A program made the position numbers and the translations under genes. From an uncultured Phycisphaerales bacterium (GTDB taxonomy: Bacteria > Planctomycetota > Phycisphaerae > Tepidisphaerales > Tepidisphaeraceae), in contig CAVWLP010000003.1 of the NCBI GenBank assembly GCA_963755915.1, forward strand, positions 192,001-256,000: a stretch of DNA of 64,000 bases. Direction: 5' to 3'. Positions 62,916 to 64,000 of this stretch are shown in pieces. Each line of letters begins with the position of its first letter. Within the stretch, counting starts at the first letter, position 1. Under the pieces are notes generated by a model. That model had not been told where the DNA came from, searched no databases, and saw only the letters and a list, made by a program, of their open reading frames with translations.

Positions 62916-64000
62916 TTGCGATTGTCGTTTTTCCTCATCACAGTTTTGATGCTGGGTCTCATTGCGCGGGCCGATATCTCGATTGATCGCCGGGGCCCAA
63001 TGGTGATAGCGGGCAATGGGCGGATGATTCTTCAAATTCATTTGGACACTGGCACGGTTGACTATCTCCCCGTCGATGCGCCCGGGCGGATCGTCGGCGC
63101 ATCCGCCGGCATCGTCTTGCAGCCAGCGGGTTCGCGCTTGCTCACGACACAATATCCGTCGCATTCGCTTGTCGAGCCGGAGCTTTCGCCGCTCGACGAT
63201 CGAATCGGCACAGGGCAGCGGTTGGTCGTGCGCCATTCTGGTCTGAACGGCGCACCAATGCTCGAGCAGGTCTTTCGTTTTTATAACGACCGACCTGCCG
63301 TGCTCATCGAATTGCGGGCGATTGCATCGCAATCGATTCAATCGAACTGGGTCTCGCCTCTGATTGTCGATCGAAAGACTGACGACGCGGAATTGACCGC
63401 CGGGCCCGCGGGCGATCCGCGTTTGCTGGTAGTGCCGTTTGATAATGACGATTGGTCTCGCTTCGACGCGCGGCGTCTGGACGGGGCCGCGACTTTCACC
63501 GGTACCGGATTTGAGTTCACCACGATCTTCGATCTCCCCTCCGATCGCGGTTGGGTAATCGGCTCTGTCACTCACGATTTCTGGAAGACAGGGATCGATT
63601 TTCGGGCAGGATCATCAACCGGACGCGTGGATGGATTGACCGTATACGGCGGCGCCGCGACATCGGATCGGGCGGACGACAAACGGCTGCCTTATAACCC
63701 TGGAGGAACGCATGACGTCTGCCCACACGGCGCTATGGTCGGCACGACGATTGAATCGCCGACAATTTTCGTCGGATTTTTCAGCGATTTTCGCGATGGA
63801 CTGGACGAATTTGGCAAGGTGAGCGCGGCAATCGCGCCGCCACTTCTATGGAAAGGCGGGCCGCCGTTTGGGTGGTTGACATTTGGGGCTGTGCCGGACG
63901 TCCGGCTCAGTGACGTGATCGGCGCGTCAGATTTTGCGCCGATCATTTGCAGCCCAAGGGGTTTTGCGATACCCGCGGCCGCGTCTGCATTAATATTGAC
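62916..64000 (+). CDS. Secreted glycoside hydrolase (alpha-galactosidase-like, GH27/GH36 clan, tentative); frameshifted, runs off window
   Basis: Signal-like start, then VPFDNDDW, VIGSVTHDFWKTG, PHG, FVGFFSDFRDG, GPPFGW; follows the ara transporter. Confidence 0.55.
   Translation, partial: MRLSFFLITVLMLGLIARADISIDRRGPMVIAGNGRMILQIHLDTGTVDYLPVDAPGRIVGASAGIVLQPAGSRLLTTQYPSHSLVEPELSPLDDRIGTGQRLVVRHSGLNGAPMLEQVFRFYNDRPAVLIELRAIASQSIQSNWVSPLIVDRKTDDAELTAGPAGDPRLLVVPFDNDDWSRFDARRLDGAATFTGTGFEFTTIFDLPSDRGWVIGSVTHDFWKTGIDFRAGSSTGRVDGLTVYGGAATSDRADDKRLPYNPGGTHDVCPHGAMVGTTIESPTIFVGFFSDFRDGLDEFGKVSAAIAPPLLWKGGPPFGWLTFGAVPDVRLSDVIGASDFAPIICSPRGFAIPAAASALIL

Noticed and set aside
5665-63575. Long antisense or alternate-frame ORFs (e.g. 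5665-6873, 9747-10760, 14115-15215, 48428-49711, 51334-52596, 62808-63575)
   Set aside because: Shadow ORFs of high-GC coding sequence lying opposite well-supported genes, with no motifs.
1598-64000. About 20 frameshifted genes read as mass pseudogenisation or programmed frameshifting
   Set aside because: The breaks are 1-2 nt indels, often in homopolymer or dinucleotide runs. They hit conserved genes (mnmG, trpD) without other decay and show no shared slippery motif, so long-read error is the simplest explanation.

Overview
GC-rich bacterial chromosomal window, most likely from a Planctomycete (Phycisphaerae/Tepidisphaerales-like). That placement is inferred from the DUF1559 prepilin, the TPR-alphaCTD protein, a LEPRxLL remnant, PEP-CTERM genes and recurrent ATTQP peptides. 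It holds housekeeping genes (mutY, holB, tmk, galK, trpD, mnmG, tilS, kdsA, amtB, araFGH), tRNA-Tyr(GTA), a tRNA(CAT), an intact IS4-family element with 17-bp IRs and a 9-bp TSD, and several TPR-glycosyl/sulfotransferases. It also holds an nfeD-GT2-floA-yqfB-like operon, a PP2C/Ser-Thr kinase fusion divergent from an APC permease and Amt, and a decayed Rep/ParA element next to the tRNA(CAT). About 20 genes are split by 1-2 nt frameshifts, including conserved ones, which most likely reflects unpolished long-read errors. Three observations stand out. (1) A MerR-type regulator overlaps a 20-bp-spacer promoter that drives an unannotated 25-aa, 8-Cys metallothionein-like peptide, arsC and an aquaporin. 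(2) A hierarchy of 24-30-nt palindromic micro-elements is inserted precisely into other repeats, into each other and into themselves, and some are translated in-frame inside proteins. (3) A 6.5-kb island between floA/yqfB and mnmG has co-oriented gene modules punctuated and bracketed by these repeats.
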